NCBI GenBank assembly: GCA_964016885.1
Contig: OZ024742.1
Coordinates: forward strand, 288,734,001-288,798,000
Length of the DNA: 64,000 nucleotides
Reading direction: 5' to 3'
From: Eledone cirrhosa
Taxonomy: Eukaryota
Shown here: one piece after another, positions 26,271-39,408 of the stretch
How the letters are laid out: the number at the start of each line of letters is the position of its first letter
Position numbering within the stretch: the first letter of the stretch is position 1
Notes under the pieces: generated by a model
The model's database searches: none
What the model saw: the letters and a program-made list of their open reading frames with translations, nothing else
What the model was told of the DNA's origin: nothing
Made by a program: the position numbers and the translations under genes

Positions 26271-26545
26271 ATTCTGCTTCTCTGTCTCCACTCCCTCTCT
26301 CTATGTCTCTCTTTCAATCTACTCTCTCACAACCACTATCTCTTTCTCTCTCTGTTTATGAAGGTACCCAGAAAAATCCCATATCTTGGGAACCCATGCT
26401 TCGATTTACGCGAAACTTGTTTTATTCCATTTGTATTCCCATTTCAGGGTCAACTTCCTTTCAAAATGTGTTCCCATTATGCGCCCTTTTGGCTGTATTA
26501 CATCACAGACAAGCAAGTAAGCAATCGCAGACTTTTAGTATTATA
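25923..26545 (-). mobile_element. Non-autonomous Helitron, copy 1
   Basis: Minus-strand 3' end TGACCC-AAC-GGGTCA hairpin followed by CTAG|T; 5' end TATAATACTAAAAG; internal TA/CA/CT microsatellites. Confidence 0.8.
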
Positions 26546-26691
26546 CTAGACCACCTGTGACAAGTTGGGTCACATTCACTTCAAAATATTTTTTTTAAAA
26601 TCATGTTCAGTTAACAATAATTTTTAAATAATTAAAATATACACAGACATGTATATAATGTGAATGAAACTGGAAGGCCCATATATATATT

Positions 26692-27343
26692 TTCAAATGC
26701 AGGAGGGCGCTATAGAAGTGGTGGATAGCTTCCGGTACCTAGGAGATCAGATTAGCATGGGAGGAGGGTGTTCCGAGGCCATAGTATCTAGAATAAGGAC
26801 GGGTTGGAAGAAGTTTAGGGAGCTGCTTCCTCTGTTGACGAAGAAGGGTTTCTCCCTGCGTACAAAAGGCCGGTTGTATGATGCCTGTGTGAGGAGCGCG
26901 ATGCTGCATGGTAGTGAGACATGGGCAGCAACTGCAGAGGATATGCGACGGCTGGAGAGAAATGAGGCAAGCATGCTCCGTTGGATGTGCAGTGTAAATG
27001 TACGTGAACGACCCAGCATAAATGTGTTGAGAGAGAAACTGTGTCTGAGAGGGATAGAATGTAGTGTACGGGAGAGGAGACTGAAGTGGTATGGACATGT
27101 GATGTGCATGGAGGATGACCGTTGGGTGAAGAAGGGCCAGGAATTGCCAGTTGAAGGAAGACGTGGTAGAGGTAGACCACGAAAAACATGGGCGGAGGTG
27201 GTGAGAACAGACCTCAGATCATTGAAGCTCACGGTGGAGATGACGAGGGACCGTGACGAGTGGAGAGATGCTGTGCTGAATAAGACCCGTCCCACCCTTG
27301 CAAGCAGGGAAAAGCGGACGTAAAATGATGATGATGATGATGA
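26692..27343 (+). mobile_element. RTE LINE 3' fragment, distinct subfamily C with a very short 3'UTR
   Basis: Open RTE C-terminal ORF (FRYLGD, LHGSETW, RGRPRKTW) followed directly by (GAT)n. Confidence 0.9.
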
Positions 27344-27507
27344 TATATGTGGGTGTCTGTGATCTATATACACTTGTCATAGACATACACCTCCGTCCAT
27401 GTTTTTCGTGGTCTACCTCTACCACGTCTTCCTTCAACTGGCAATTCCTGGCACTTCTTCACCCAACGGTCATCCTCCATGCACATCACATGTCCATACC
27501 ACTTCAG

Positions 27508-30500
27508 CACCCACGTGAAGCGCCAACCCAGAGACCCTCCCCTACGAGTGTCGACAAATGCCCAAAACTCCGAGTTGGTACCATCAATGTAGGCTCAATG
27601 AAAGGAAGAGCAGGAGAAATCGTAGAAATGCTAGAGCGAAAGGAAGTTGATGTATGCTGTGTGCAAGAGACTAGATGGAGAGGAGGGTCTGCTAGAGTCC
27701 TTGTAGGAAAAAGCCAGTGCTACAAATTTTTCTGGGTGGGAAATGACGATGGGATGGGTGGTGTAGGTATACTATTAGCTGACAAGTGGGTAGATAAAGT
27801 AATCTCAGTGTACAGGGTAAATGCAAGAATCATTAAACTCAGACTAGTCCTGAATAAGACAATTACCACAATAATATCAGCTTACGCACCCCAATCGGGG
27901 CTGCCAGACGAACTTAAGGATAGGTTTTACGAGTCCCTAATACACACTACTGCTCTAACAGACGACAAGGACTTCCTAATCATTGCAGGAGATTTTAACG
28001 GACACGTAGGTAAACACTGCGACGGCTTCAATAGAGTACATGGAGGCCATGGAGTTGGCACAAGGAATGAGGAAGGATTCAGACTTCTAGAATTCTGCGA
28101 CGCCAATGACATGTAACACAAACTTTAAAAAACCCGACAACCACCTGATCACCTATAGATCAGGGGAGCACTCTAGTCAGTTAGATTTTATCCTCATCAG
28201 AGGACGTGACAGATGGACGGTCGTAAACACAAAAGCCTTCCCTAGTGAGGAATGTACATCCCAACATAGCTTAGTTGTCAGCGACCTCATGGTCAGAACT
28301 AGACGAACCCGGAAACAGAGGCCAACCTGGAGAAGAAAGATCTGGAAGCTGAAAGTCCCCTCAACCAGTAACAGATTTAAAGAAATTTTACTCAACGCCT
28401 ACGACAGTAAAGAAGAACAGATAGAGACATTTAACGTAGAAGAGAACTGGGAGTTCCTAAAAAATAACTTACTAGAGGCGACGGATGAGGTTTGTGGCTG
28501 GAGTAAGACCTCAAGCAGGAGGAGAGTGACTTGGTGGTGGAACAATAAGGTAGATGAAGCAGTCAAGGCCAAGAGACAGGCATGGAAAGAATGGAAGAAC
28601 GGGGGGAGCAGGGTACATTACATAGAGACCAAGAGGGAAGCTAGGCGACAAGTATACTTAGCTAGGAGGGAAGCAGACGATAGAAAATTCAAGCATGTTT
28701 TACAACGCGAGGACCAGAAACAGGAGGTATTCAAGATTGCGAGGCAGTGTGTCAGAGATAGTTGTGATGTCATTGGAGAGAAGTGTATCCGGAATGATAA
28801 AGGTGAGCTTGCCCTCACAAGTGCTGAGAAGAAAGATGCATGGAAGAGTCATTATGATAGATTACTAAATGAGGAGAATGCATGGGAAGAAGAGACCCTA
28901 CCCCATGTAGACCCTATAGAGGGACCAGCAGTACAAGTCAGCGGCAGCGTAGTAAGTAAGGCAATCAGAGATATGAAGATGGGGAAGGCAACCGGTCCAT
29001 CGGGTATAGCTGCCGAGATGCTGAAGGCATCTGGGTCTGTAGGTCACACTATAACCACACGTATCGTTAACCAGGTAATACTAGAAGGGGCCATACCAAA
29101 AGATTGGTGCAGTAGCATCATTGTCAACTGCTACAAAGGTAAAGGCGATGCACTAGATAGAGGAAACTATAGAGGTATAAAGTTGATGGACCAGGTCATG
29201 AAAGTAACAGAAAGAGTTATAGCACAGCTGATTAGGGACCGGGTGAATATAGACGAGATGCAATTTGGGTTTGTACCAGGGAGAGGCACCACTGATGCCC
29301 TCTTCCTTGTGAGGCAATTACAGGAAAAGTACCTAGCTAAAAGTAAGCCACTCTACTTGGCATTTGTCGACCTTGAGAAAGCCTTTGACAGAGTTCCACG
29401 TGCTGTAATCTGGTGGGCTCTTAGAAAACTAGGAGTAGATGAATGGCTTGTGAAAGCGGTACAAGCCATGTATAGGGGAGCAGTCAGCAAAGTTAGGATT
29501 AGCAATGAGTATAGCGAGGAATTTAGCGTACAGGTTGGGGTCCACCAGGGCTCTGTTCTTAGCCCTCTCCTGTTCATCATAGTCCTGCAGGCAATAACGG
29601 AGGAGTTTAAGACCGGATGCCCATGGGAACTCCTGTATGCTGATGACCTCGCACTCATAGCTGAATCTATGGTAGAACTAGAGAATAAATTCCAAACCTG
29701 GAAGCAGGGACTAGAGAGAAAGGGCCTCAAAGTCAACATGACAAAGACTAAGGTCCTTGTAAGTAGACGAGAAAACAGAACCCAGATCCCCTCAGGGAAA
29801 TGGCCTTGCTCAGTATGTAGGAAAGGTGTAGGTAGGAACTCCATTCTCTGCCCCAAATGCAAACAATGGGTACACAAGAGATGTAGCGGGATCTGAGGAA
29901 GCTTAATTAAGAATGTAGGATTCACATGCAGCAGCTGTGCTGAAACAGCAAGCAAACAGCCACAGGAAACAAGTACCACCAATCTCTGGGAGAGCCCTGT
30001 AGAAACAGTAGACAGCTTCTGCTACCTAGGTGACCGAATTAGCAACGGAGGTGGGTGCTCAGAAAGTACAATAACTAGGGTAAGAACGGGATGGAAGAAG
30101 TTTAGGGAACTACTACCACTGCTAGCTGCAAAAGGCTTCTCCCTCAGAATGAAAGGCAGACTGTATGATGCGTGTATCCGAACAGCGATGTTGCATGGTA
30201 GTGAGACCTGGGCGCTGAAGGTGGAAGACTTACGTAGATTAGAGAGAAACGAAGCCTGCATGCTCCGATGGATGTGTAACAGTAATATACGTGAACGACA
30301 AAGCATAAAGGAATTGAGAGAGAGACTGAGCATAAGAGGAATCAAATGCTGCGTGCAGGAGAGGCGGTTACGCTGGTATGGACATGTGATGCGTATGAAG
30401 GATGACAGCTGCATAAAAAGGTGCAGAGCACTAGAAGTTGATGGAAACTGCGGAGTGGGGAGACCCAAGATGACTTGGGATGAGGTGATAAAAGCCGACC

Positions 30501-30908
30501 TTACCCAACTACACCTCTCAAAGGCAATGACACACGACCGTGACTTCTGGCGTCACGCAGTAATACAGGGTACCCGACCTCCCATGGGTACATGCTGAAG
30601 CATATAAACAATATGCCCCCACTCCCCCCACCGCAAGGTGGTCGTGGAGGTGCCACGGCAAAAAAGCACCCAGCCCACACTGTAAAGTGGATGTGTAGGC
30701 GCCACGAAAAAGCACCCAGCACTCACTGTAAATGAGGTTGGTGTTAGGAAGGGCATCCAGCTGTAGAAATCAAGCCAGATCAGTTCCTGTATGAGCAAGA
30801 CATGGTCAGCCGACCAGACACTGCCCAAAACAGGACAACCCGTCTAACCCATGCTAGCATGGAAGAACGGACGTAAAACGGTGATGATGATGATGATGAT
30901 GATGATGA
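27508..30908 (+). mobile_element. Near full-length RTE-clade LINE (APE endonuclease + RT + PHD-like insert) with two lesions
   Basis: APE motifs TINV, VQETRW, AYAP, GDFNGH, LDF and SQH; RT motifs DLEKAFD, QGSVLSP and YADD. Frameshift near 28110, in-frame TGA at 29894, stop at 30598, (GAT)n tail. Confidence 0.95.
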
Positions 30909-30943
30909 TACACATATACACACATATATACACACACACTCAC

Positions 30944-33549
30944 ATCATCATCATCATCTTCGTTTAACGTCCATTTTCCATGCTAGCATGGGTTAGACGG
31001 GACTTGTCCCACTTGAGGCAAGGCTGGTCGGGTGACCGTGTCTCACTCATATAGGACTATCTGGCAGGTTTTCTACAGCTGGATGCCCTTTCTAAAACCA
31101 ACCACATTTACAGTGTGGAACTGGGAACTTTTTACCGTGTTACCTACACGGCCACATTACAGCATGGACTGTGTGTTTTTTTGTCGTGACACCTACACGA
31201 ACTCGATCTCATTTTCTCGTGCTGTTGGTGGGAGTGGGAGGATAGGGTAGGGGTAGTAGATTGGGGTGTATATTTGGTTAAGAGGTGCCTACTGACTGTA
31301 GGTTTCGCTTTGTACATAGGCAAGGCGGGTCTTCTGTATTACTGCGTAGCACCAAAGATCTCGGTCCAGAGATATTGTCTTAGCGAGATGTAAGTGTGTG
31401 AGGTTAGAATTTATCAGATCATCCCAGGTTTTTCTGGGTCTACCTACTCCGTAACTACCATCAATTTTGATCGCCCAGCACTTTTTTATGCAGCTGTCGT
31501 CTTTCATGCACATAGTCTTCTCTCAAGTAAATAGCATCTGATCCCTCTTATTCCTAATTTCTCACTTAGTTCATTTATGCTTTGCCATTCACGTATATTA
31601 CTATTACACATCCAACGGAGCATGCATGCTTCGTTCCTTTCCAGTCTACGCAGGTCCTCTGCTCGTAATGCCCATGTCTCACTGCCATGTAGCATTGCTG
31701 TTCATATACAGGCATCATACAATCTGCCTTTCATTTTTAGAGAGAAACCTTTTATGGCCAACAGCAGTATAAGCTCTCTGAACCTTTCCAGCTCGTTCTG
31801 ACTCTGGTTACTGTACTTTCAGAGCACCCTCCACCACTGCTGATTTTGTCTCCCAGGTAACGGAAATTGTCTACTATTTCTATAGAACCATCTGGGCAAT
31901 AGAAGGAGCTAGTATCCTTTGGGCACTTGCTACTTATTGCACCTGAGCATCGGTCACATATAAAATCTACGTTCTTAGATAGTTTACCTGTGATCCCACT
32001 ACATCTTTTATGTACCCATACTTTGCATTTGGGACATAAAATGGAATTTCTACCTACTCCTTTCCTACACACTGAGCATGGCCATTTCCCTGAGGGCACC
32101 TGTACCCTATTTTCCTTTCAACACTAGAACTTTAGTCTTAGACAAGTTAACTTTAAAGCCTTTTGATTCTAGGCCATGCTTCCATGTTTAGAATTTCTTC
32201 TCTAGTTCAGCCATTGATTCAGCTATGAGCATTAGATCATCTGCGTATAGGAGTTCCCATGGGCAGCTGGTCTCGAACTCCTCTGTTATAGCCTGAAGGG
32301 CAATAATAAATAAGAGGGGGCTAAGGACAGAGCCTTGACGAACGCCAACTTTTACAATAAATTCTTCACAATATTCATTGTTAATTCTAACCTTACTGAC
32401 TGTTTCATTATATATAGCTTGTATAGCTCTCACAAGCCATTCATCTACTCCTAGTTTTCTAAGAGCCCACCAGATAATGGAGCGGGGGACTCTGTCAAAA
32501 GCTTTCTCCAGGTCTACAAAAGCTAAGTAGAGGGGTTTACTTTTAGCTAGGTACTTCTCTTGTAGTTGTCGTACAAGGAAAAGAGCGTCTGTGGTACTTT
32601 TACCTGACACAAACCCAAACTGCATTTCATCTAGATCAATTCGCTCTCTGATTAGTTGCGCTATAACTCTTTCTGTGACCTTCATGACCTGGTCAACTAA
32701 CTTAATGCCTCTATAGTTTCCCCTATCTAGAGCATCCCCTGTACCCTTGTAGCAGTTAATGATGATGCTGCTACGCCAGTCTTCCGGTGTGCTCCCATTC
32801 TGTATTACTTGGTTAACTATATGGGTGACCATAGTGTGTCCCACCATACCAGATGCTTTCAGCATCTCAGCAACTATCTCCGAAGGCCCAGCTGCCTTGC
32901 CTGTCTTCATATCTTTGATTGCCTTACTTATTATACTACCTTTAACTTGCACCACTGGTCCTTCTATTGGATCGATTTGGGGCAGACTATCTTTTTCCCA
33001 CTTATTCTCCTCATTTAATAGTCTCTTGTAGTGACACTTCCAGGCTATCTTCTTATCAGTATCAGTGAGCGCAAGTACACCATTATCATTACGGACACGC
33101 TTCTCCCCAACAATATCACAGTTTTCTTTGACACATTGTCTAGCAATCCTGAACACCTCACGTTGCAGAACATGCTTGAACTTTCTATCCTCTGCTACCC
33201 TTTTTGCAAGGTACACTTGTCTCCTAACTTCTCTCCTGGCCACTTGATAGTGCTCTCTACTTCCCCCCTCTTGCCATACTTTCCAAGCCTGCTTTTTGGC
33301 CTTGATTGTCTCTTCCACTTTACTGTTCCACCACCAAGTTACTCTCCTCCTGCCAATAGGTCTGCTCCAGCCACAGATTTCATCCGTTGCTTTCAGCAGG
33401 TTCACTTTCAAGAATTGCCCCTGTTCCTCTATATTGCATGTCTCTAATTGCTCTTCCTTATTGTCAAAGGCATCAAGTAATAAGCTTTTAAATTTGTCAC
33501 TGGCTATGGGGTCCTTCAACTTCCATATTCTTCTCCTCAAGGTAGGCCT
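30944..33549 (-). mobile_element. 5'-truncated RTE LINE (subfamily B), tail-to-tail with the preceding element
   Basis: 462-aa RT ORF at 32188-33576, PHD-like ORF at 31752-32099, CAT tail. Confidence 0.93.
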
Positions 33550-35199
33550 CATATATATATATATACACAACAACACCAGCTCTTCTCTTCCATTCTCCTT
33601 CTTTGTCTCCTCTCGCTCTCTCTATGTCTCTCTTTCAATCTACTCTCACAACCACTAGCTCTTTCTCTTTTTGTTTATGAAGGTACCCAGAAAATCCCAT
33701 ATCTCGGAAAACCGTGCTTCGATTTACATGAAACTTGTTTTATTCCATTTGTATTTCCATTTCAGGGGCAACCTCCTTTCAAAGTATTTTCCCATTATGC
33801 GCCCTTTTAGCAAACAATCACAGACTTTTAGTATTATACAGAAGATAGATATATACACCAAGTATGTCTCAACCTATTTACTATGAGGAGCATTGACAAT
33901 ATTAGAGTAGAACAGTACATTAGCAAACAATATTGGTCAATGAATAATACATTTTCCTCCCCATCTCTCTTATAGCATTTTTTGGAGACAATTATGAACA
34001 TATTTCTACTTCATTGAGTTTCATCAGTGAAGTGTAATGAATAAATCTTTAAGTGAGTATATAGAGATATTTGTCTGTCTGTGTTGTTATTTAGAAGTAC
34101 AAGACTAAATTTGAATATATCAATGGTACATAGCAAATAAAGAAAAACTAGAACTCGAGAACATTGGTGATGGTGTGTGTCAGCAATAATAACACTTCTA
34201 GTGTATCTGGTTCTTGAACTGCCATTTTCTACAACAGAATTGAGGGGAGTGTATCCCATCTGAGGAAGGAACCTTATGAGCGGGAATGACTGATTCAGTG
34301 GATGTTGCTGGCTGTTCCCCATGGCAATGCTTTAAGTCATCATGACTTTGGGGCACAGCTGAGATACACTGCCAAACCAAGGGTTCTAGAATTTGCCCCA
34401 CCCTTCCACCTTTTTTAATTGATCTTTTTTTTCTTTCTTCCAGTATATTATTTTACCCCCCCCCCCCTTTTTTTTTTGAATACTTTCATGATTGTATACT
34501 TCTATTCAACAATAAATTAATTGTTTGAAGATGTCCTGCTGTGGTACAAACAGACATGTTTGCTAAACAGTCAGATAAAACAAACAATGGCTGTTTTGTT
34601 GAAATGAAGGCAAGAAAAATCAAAAGGAAATTAGTCATTCAATAATGTCCGTTTTAGCCTACATTTCATTGGTAAGATTGAAGTGGGACAGGAAATGAAG
34701 AAAATATTTTAATATTCAATTTTATTGTTATTCAATTTCTTTCCAACCCTCGTAAGTAATGGAAATGGACATTAGATAATGATGATGACGATGGTGATGA
34801 TAGTTATTTCAAACGGCAAGATATGATTCAAATTGATAAGAATTTCTTTTTTTAGAAAATAGTAAACATCTGATTGTTTTGCAGTCTCTAATGACCGTCA
34901 TGAGAAACTGAATATTCTTGTGAAATATGTGTGAGATTGAGATTTTGTTGGATAAATAATTTACATAGACATGTCTATACTCCGGAGTCATGTTATACAC
35001 AAGGATGAAATTTATTCATTTATTCGTTTTTCTTTTAGCTTCAGAAACAGGAGTCATATTATACTTAAGTACTACTGTTAAATGTACTCAAATCATGTTA
35101 TACACAAAGAAACATTGTATGGGTCTATGTATGGTTCAGTTTCACATTTCAACCCTTTTGATATCAATCCAGTTCGGGTTCTATGAAATAAAACCAACA

Positions 35200-35605
35200 A
35201 GATTATTAACCATCTTTCCAACAACAACCCTGGGCACCTTTTCGAATTCCATATGTCTAACATCCGTGGACATGCTTACAAAATCAGAAAACAGTACAGC
35301 TCCAATGACTTTCGGAAACATTTTTTCCCAATCAGAGTTGCTGAAGCATGAAACAAACTACCTGAATTAGATGTTAGCTGTCGGTACACTGCATCCTTCA
35401 AAACTTCCAAGATTCCTGAAATTCGCCAACACTACACCTGATATTCCCCCTCCATACATACACACGTGTGTGTGTCTATCATGTCTCATACACTGTTCAC
35501 TTTCCTGATATTTGTACATTATTCTATGTACTATACATGCACTTTTGATGAGTTGTAGTGCATCTGAGCACTGTACAATTTTCATTTTATTTCATTTCAT
35601 TTTAA
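35200..35605 (+). mobile_element. CR1/L2-like LINE 3' end
   Basis: Translates to ...IRGHAYKIRK...RKHFFPIRVAEA*NKLP...SFK, a typical C-terminus, then a stem-loop and an ATTTC-type tail. Confidence 0.8.
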
Positions 35606-35977
35606 AGAGTTCCTATTTAAATTAAAATCTTTCAACATAATTTTATATAAACTTATATGTGAAGTTACTATCTTAATAATTAAGGATTTTAGTAAGTCTC
35701 TCAAAATTTTTCATTAATTGAGATAGAGTGTATTTCATTAAAAATATGATGAAGTGGATAAAAAAACAACTACAAAATTTAAGTTAATTAAATATGAAAT
35801 GGCAGATATGTAGTGTGGACAGGGAACCTGATTTTTTGTAAATATGGTGATATATAGTTGGGATAGTCATGGCTGGAATGACTTATGGTTAAACAACTAT
35901 AACACAATGATTATGGGCTCTCTTTGATAATGAGCATTCAATTGTTTGATCAACTTAATGTCCAACTTGTAACTTAA

Positions 35978-36118
35978 CCCATTAGCATTTAAACCAGCCC
36001 TATCCAGCAAGAACTCTCACCTCTTTCTGTACAAACTGGCCGTTTATACCTACATTAGGGTATTTTTCTGAAAGTAAATAACATCAAAATCTCGTAGAGT
36101 AATGTAAATGCTAAAGAG
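35978..36118. mobile_element. TTAA-flanked MITE (piggyBac/Kolobok-like); related copies near 41294 and 45134
   Basis: TTAA-CCCATTAGCATTTA ... TAAATGCTAAAGAG-TTAA. Confidence 0.7.
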
Positions 36119-36333
36119 TTAATATGCGAGTGGCTGAGTATTCCACAGACAAGTACATCCTTAAAGTAATTCCTAAGCTAAATCAGCATGACACAATATG
36201 CTACAAGACCAGATTATTGAATTATAGACACAATCCATCTAATGGGCTTCCACACAGTTTTTGTGTCCCCAATTTCACACTGTAAGGCTGTCACAAAGTT
36301 GGAGTGAGTCTGGGATGTTAGCTTCATTATAGT

Positions 36334-36614
36334 CAGGGCCAGATTTAATGATGTGGGGGTGGGGGGAAAAGGTGACAAATTCTCCAGGCCGCCCTGCAGT
36401 GGGGGACCCCATCAGCCACACCCATAGCAATTTAGTTTTAGGATGGTTAGAATTTTGGAATTTAATGCCTGTATGAATAACTTTTCAATTCCAATTACTT
36501 GTGCCAAGTTAACTTAGATATGGGGGTTGTTGTGTATTCTATTTTTTTGTGTATGAAGCCCCACCCACCAAACTTGAAGTACCCCAGGTCCTCCAAGGTC
36601 TAAATCCAACCCTG
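36334..36614. mobile_element. hAT-like MITE
   Basis: TIRs CAGGGCCAGATTTA/TAAATCCAACCCTG; 8-bp TSD ATTATAGT/GTTATAGT. Confidence 0.8.
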
Positions 36615-38229
36615 GTTATAGTGTTTATTTACAGGTGAGACGAAATGAGAGGTGGTGGCATTCAGGCAATTTCCAAGGGCCATTAATCCTTTTGACATCA
36701 AACCATCTGAAACTGTCCCTTATTCTATGATACAAAACTAGTTTAAAGTGTTTATATTTATGTGAAATAACCTTCCATCATAATTTCAAGTAAGAACCTT
36801 TGTCAAGTTATGTTCTTAACACCAACTTAATGATGAGAAAGTTAGTTATATTATTAAATCTCTCCAAATTATTTATATTTTGAAATATTTGAAATATTTG
36901 GCAGTGTTTCTCATGCCACAGACAGCTTAGTACTCAAGTGGATCTACTGATCTCCAGGTTGGCTGGGAGAACAACATACAATCTACCAAGTGCATTTCAT
37001 ATAGCCTCAAGTGAAACATATAGATATACACCAGGTCCGAACACAGAGGAACCAACTCCCACTGTCACTGCCTCCATCTCCCCAGCTCTCCCCATCTCTC
37101 ACTATTATGAGCAACTGGGGGCCCACACATTGGCTGCCCCACGGCCCTAGCGAATAGAATAGAGAAGGCATTTTCCCAGAGGATGGTGAGGGAGACGCAC
37201 TGGAAGAGCCATTCCAGCTCGCGAGGCTAGAAATATAGTAATGGAAGAGTTAAAATGTTCAGATTAATTTAATTTCAAAACATTCTATCATAATTCCATC
37301 TAAGAACCTGTGTTAAGTTATGTTCAAGACACTAAACGAGATAGTTAGTTATATTACTAAATCCCTCAATTCTTGATTAATTTCAAAATTGATTGTCTTT
37401 CGTTATAAATATATTACTGAAAGGATTAACAATGTATGTAACTGATACAGTTACACACACAAACATGCACATACATGATAGTGCAACCACACACTTGGAC
37501 ATCCACCTAATCTGTGTATAGATAAGGTAGTGTACACACACACATATACACCCACATAAGGTACTTCTATAGACATGGTAGTATACACACACACACACAT
37601 ACATACACCACCACCGCCACCAAATAATGTAATCACTATGGCTACAGTAGTCCTTCTCCACACAAGAGATACCATCCATGAAAACAATTAAGTCATTTCC
37701 AGGTTAATGGGGGGGGGGGGTGAAGTGGGGGAGGAGGAAGCTAAACAGTTGGGGAGGGAGGGGAAAGGAGTGTTAGAGTGAGGAAACACTATGACCACAA
37801 TATTCTTTTATTCTTTTACTGGTTTCAGTCATTAGGCCATGGTTATGCAAAGGCCATTGCCTTCATTTACCAACACCAGTATTTATTTGATCAATCACTT
37901 TTTTTTTATCAAAGTCTTAAGTTATTGGTCATAAACATACACAGACATATACAACAAGATTCTGAAGTTCCTGTCTACTAAATTCTACTCAATGCATTGG
38001 TCAACCTAAGACAAGTAGAAGGTTCCCAAGCTGCCAGGCAGCAAGACTTGTTTAACAACCACATGGTTGCAAAGCGAATTCTTTACCCAGGCAGCCATGA
38101 CTACACCTATATATATATATCTAGGGATTGTAACATCCTGTTACTGTAGATTCCAGTAAGTATAGAGGTGTAGAACAAAGCAGAGTGTAATAATAAAAAG
38201 GCTGATTTGTTATGTCTTCATTATGTTTA

Positions 38230-38559
38230 CTAGCAGAAAAACCACCCTTGGGGTGGTTTTCTGCTAGCAAGTGTAGTGTGTATATTGATATTATACACAG
38301 GTATATATACATGTAGATATGATACATCAAATAAAATCGTAATTGACAATATATTATACATAGAAATTGAACGAAGACTGCGTTACACTGTCTTATTTAA
38401 TCAGTAACGTAATCCATGATACATTAAAAAAGACGATATTATATATAAACTACATTAGGAGAAAATTAGTATGTTTATTTAAGCGATGGCCAACCGGAAG
38501 TGTTGACATTTCAGAAATTTTAAAGAAGTCCCGCGCTCTTTACTTTATTATAGTTTAGA
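38230..38559 (-). mobile_element. Short Helitron-like element
   Basis: Minus-strand A|TCTAAACTATAATAAA 5' end; 3' hairpin ACCACCC/GGGTGGT plus CTAG|T. Confidence 0.6.
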
Positions 38560-38741
38560 TGAGTTTAAAAAAAAGAGTTAATAAATAAATAAAACGTTAT
38601 ACTTGTTTTACCCTCCCATTTCCAATTAAACCGAACGGTATCATGACTGTATGTGTGTGTTTGTGTAAATGTGTGTTGTATGAATGTATGTATGTTTGTG
38701 TGAAAGTATACCCCCCCCCCCCCATCTCCAATTAAACCGAA

Positions 38742-39012
38742 TGCTATTTTAGTGAATTGGTCACAGGGTTATTTACTTTGGTAAACGCCACTGCAGGCCA
38801 ACCACTAATTAAATTCGATACAGATATAATAAAGTTAACAAACTCGCTCGTGAGTGAACTGTCCGAGAGCCGGTCACCAAATAAGCTAAGATGTCTCTTT
38901 TCTCCCTCCTTTATAATCCCTAGACTGGAAGTTCAAGGAATCTTCTAGAATTCAACGGGAAGTAACTCCAATTAGTTTTTTCTCCCCGGGCAAGGTGGCG
39001 CTAGTCGCTACA
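38742..39012 (-). mobile_element. Candidate solo LTR
   Basis: TG...CA termini and an internal TATAAA on the minus strand. It interrupts a local duplication of 38616-38670. No TSD found. Confidence 0.4.
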
Positions 39013-39408
39013 CTTTCATAACTGTATGTGTGTGTTTGTGTGAATGTATGTACGTTTGTGTGAAAATATATGTGTGAATATATGTATATTTGTGTGAAAG
39101 TATGTGTATTTGTGTGAATTATGTCCGTGAGAGTGTATTTTTATAAGTTTGTGTTTGTGCGATTATAGTTATATACTCATACATATATATGTATGTATAT
39201 GCACAATCATACGCGTCAGGTGTAGAAAATCATAATCTATCTCTCTCATCACAAACTCTCTCTTTCTATATATATGCTAGTTGAAGTGGTGGTGGTGGCG
39301 ACGATATACCGGAAGTGTAACTTTGAAAAGAAGTCAATTTGAAATTATTTTTACCAAATTATTTTTGTTTACGAAATTGAGTACATAAATTATGTAATAT
39401 TCATTCAT

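Larger units (their letters stand above)
26546..33838 (-). mobile_element. Helitron copy 2, tandem to copy 1 and split by RTE insertions
   Basis: Pieces 26546-26690, 27345-27390 and 33550-33838 are colinear with copy 1. Confidence 0.8.

Noticed and set aside
26739-30828. Minus-strand ORFs overlapping RTE copies
   Set aside because: Antisense shadows of RTE coding sequence.
34140-34700. Additional exons in unique-looking sequence
   Set aside because: No consistent open frame with paired splice sites.
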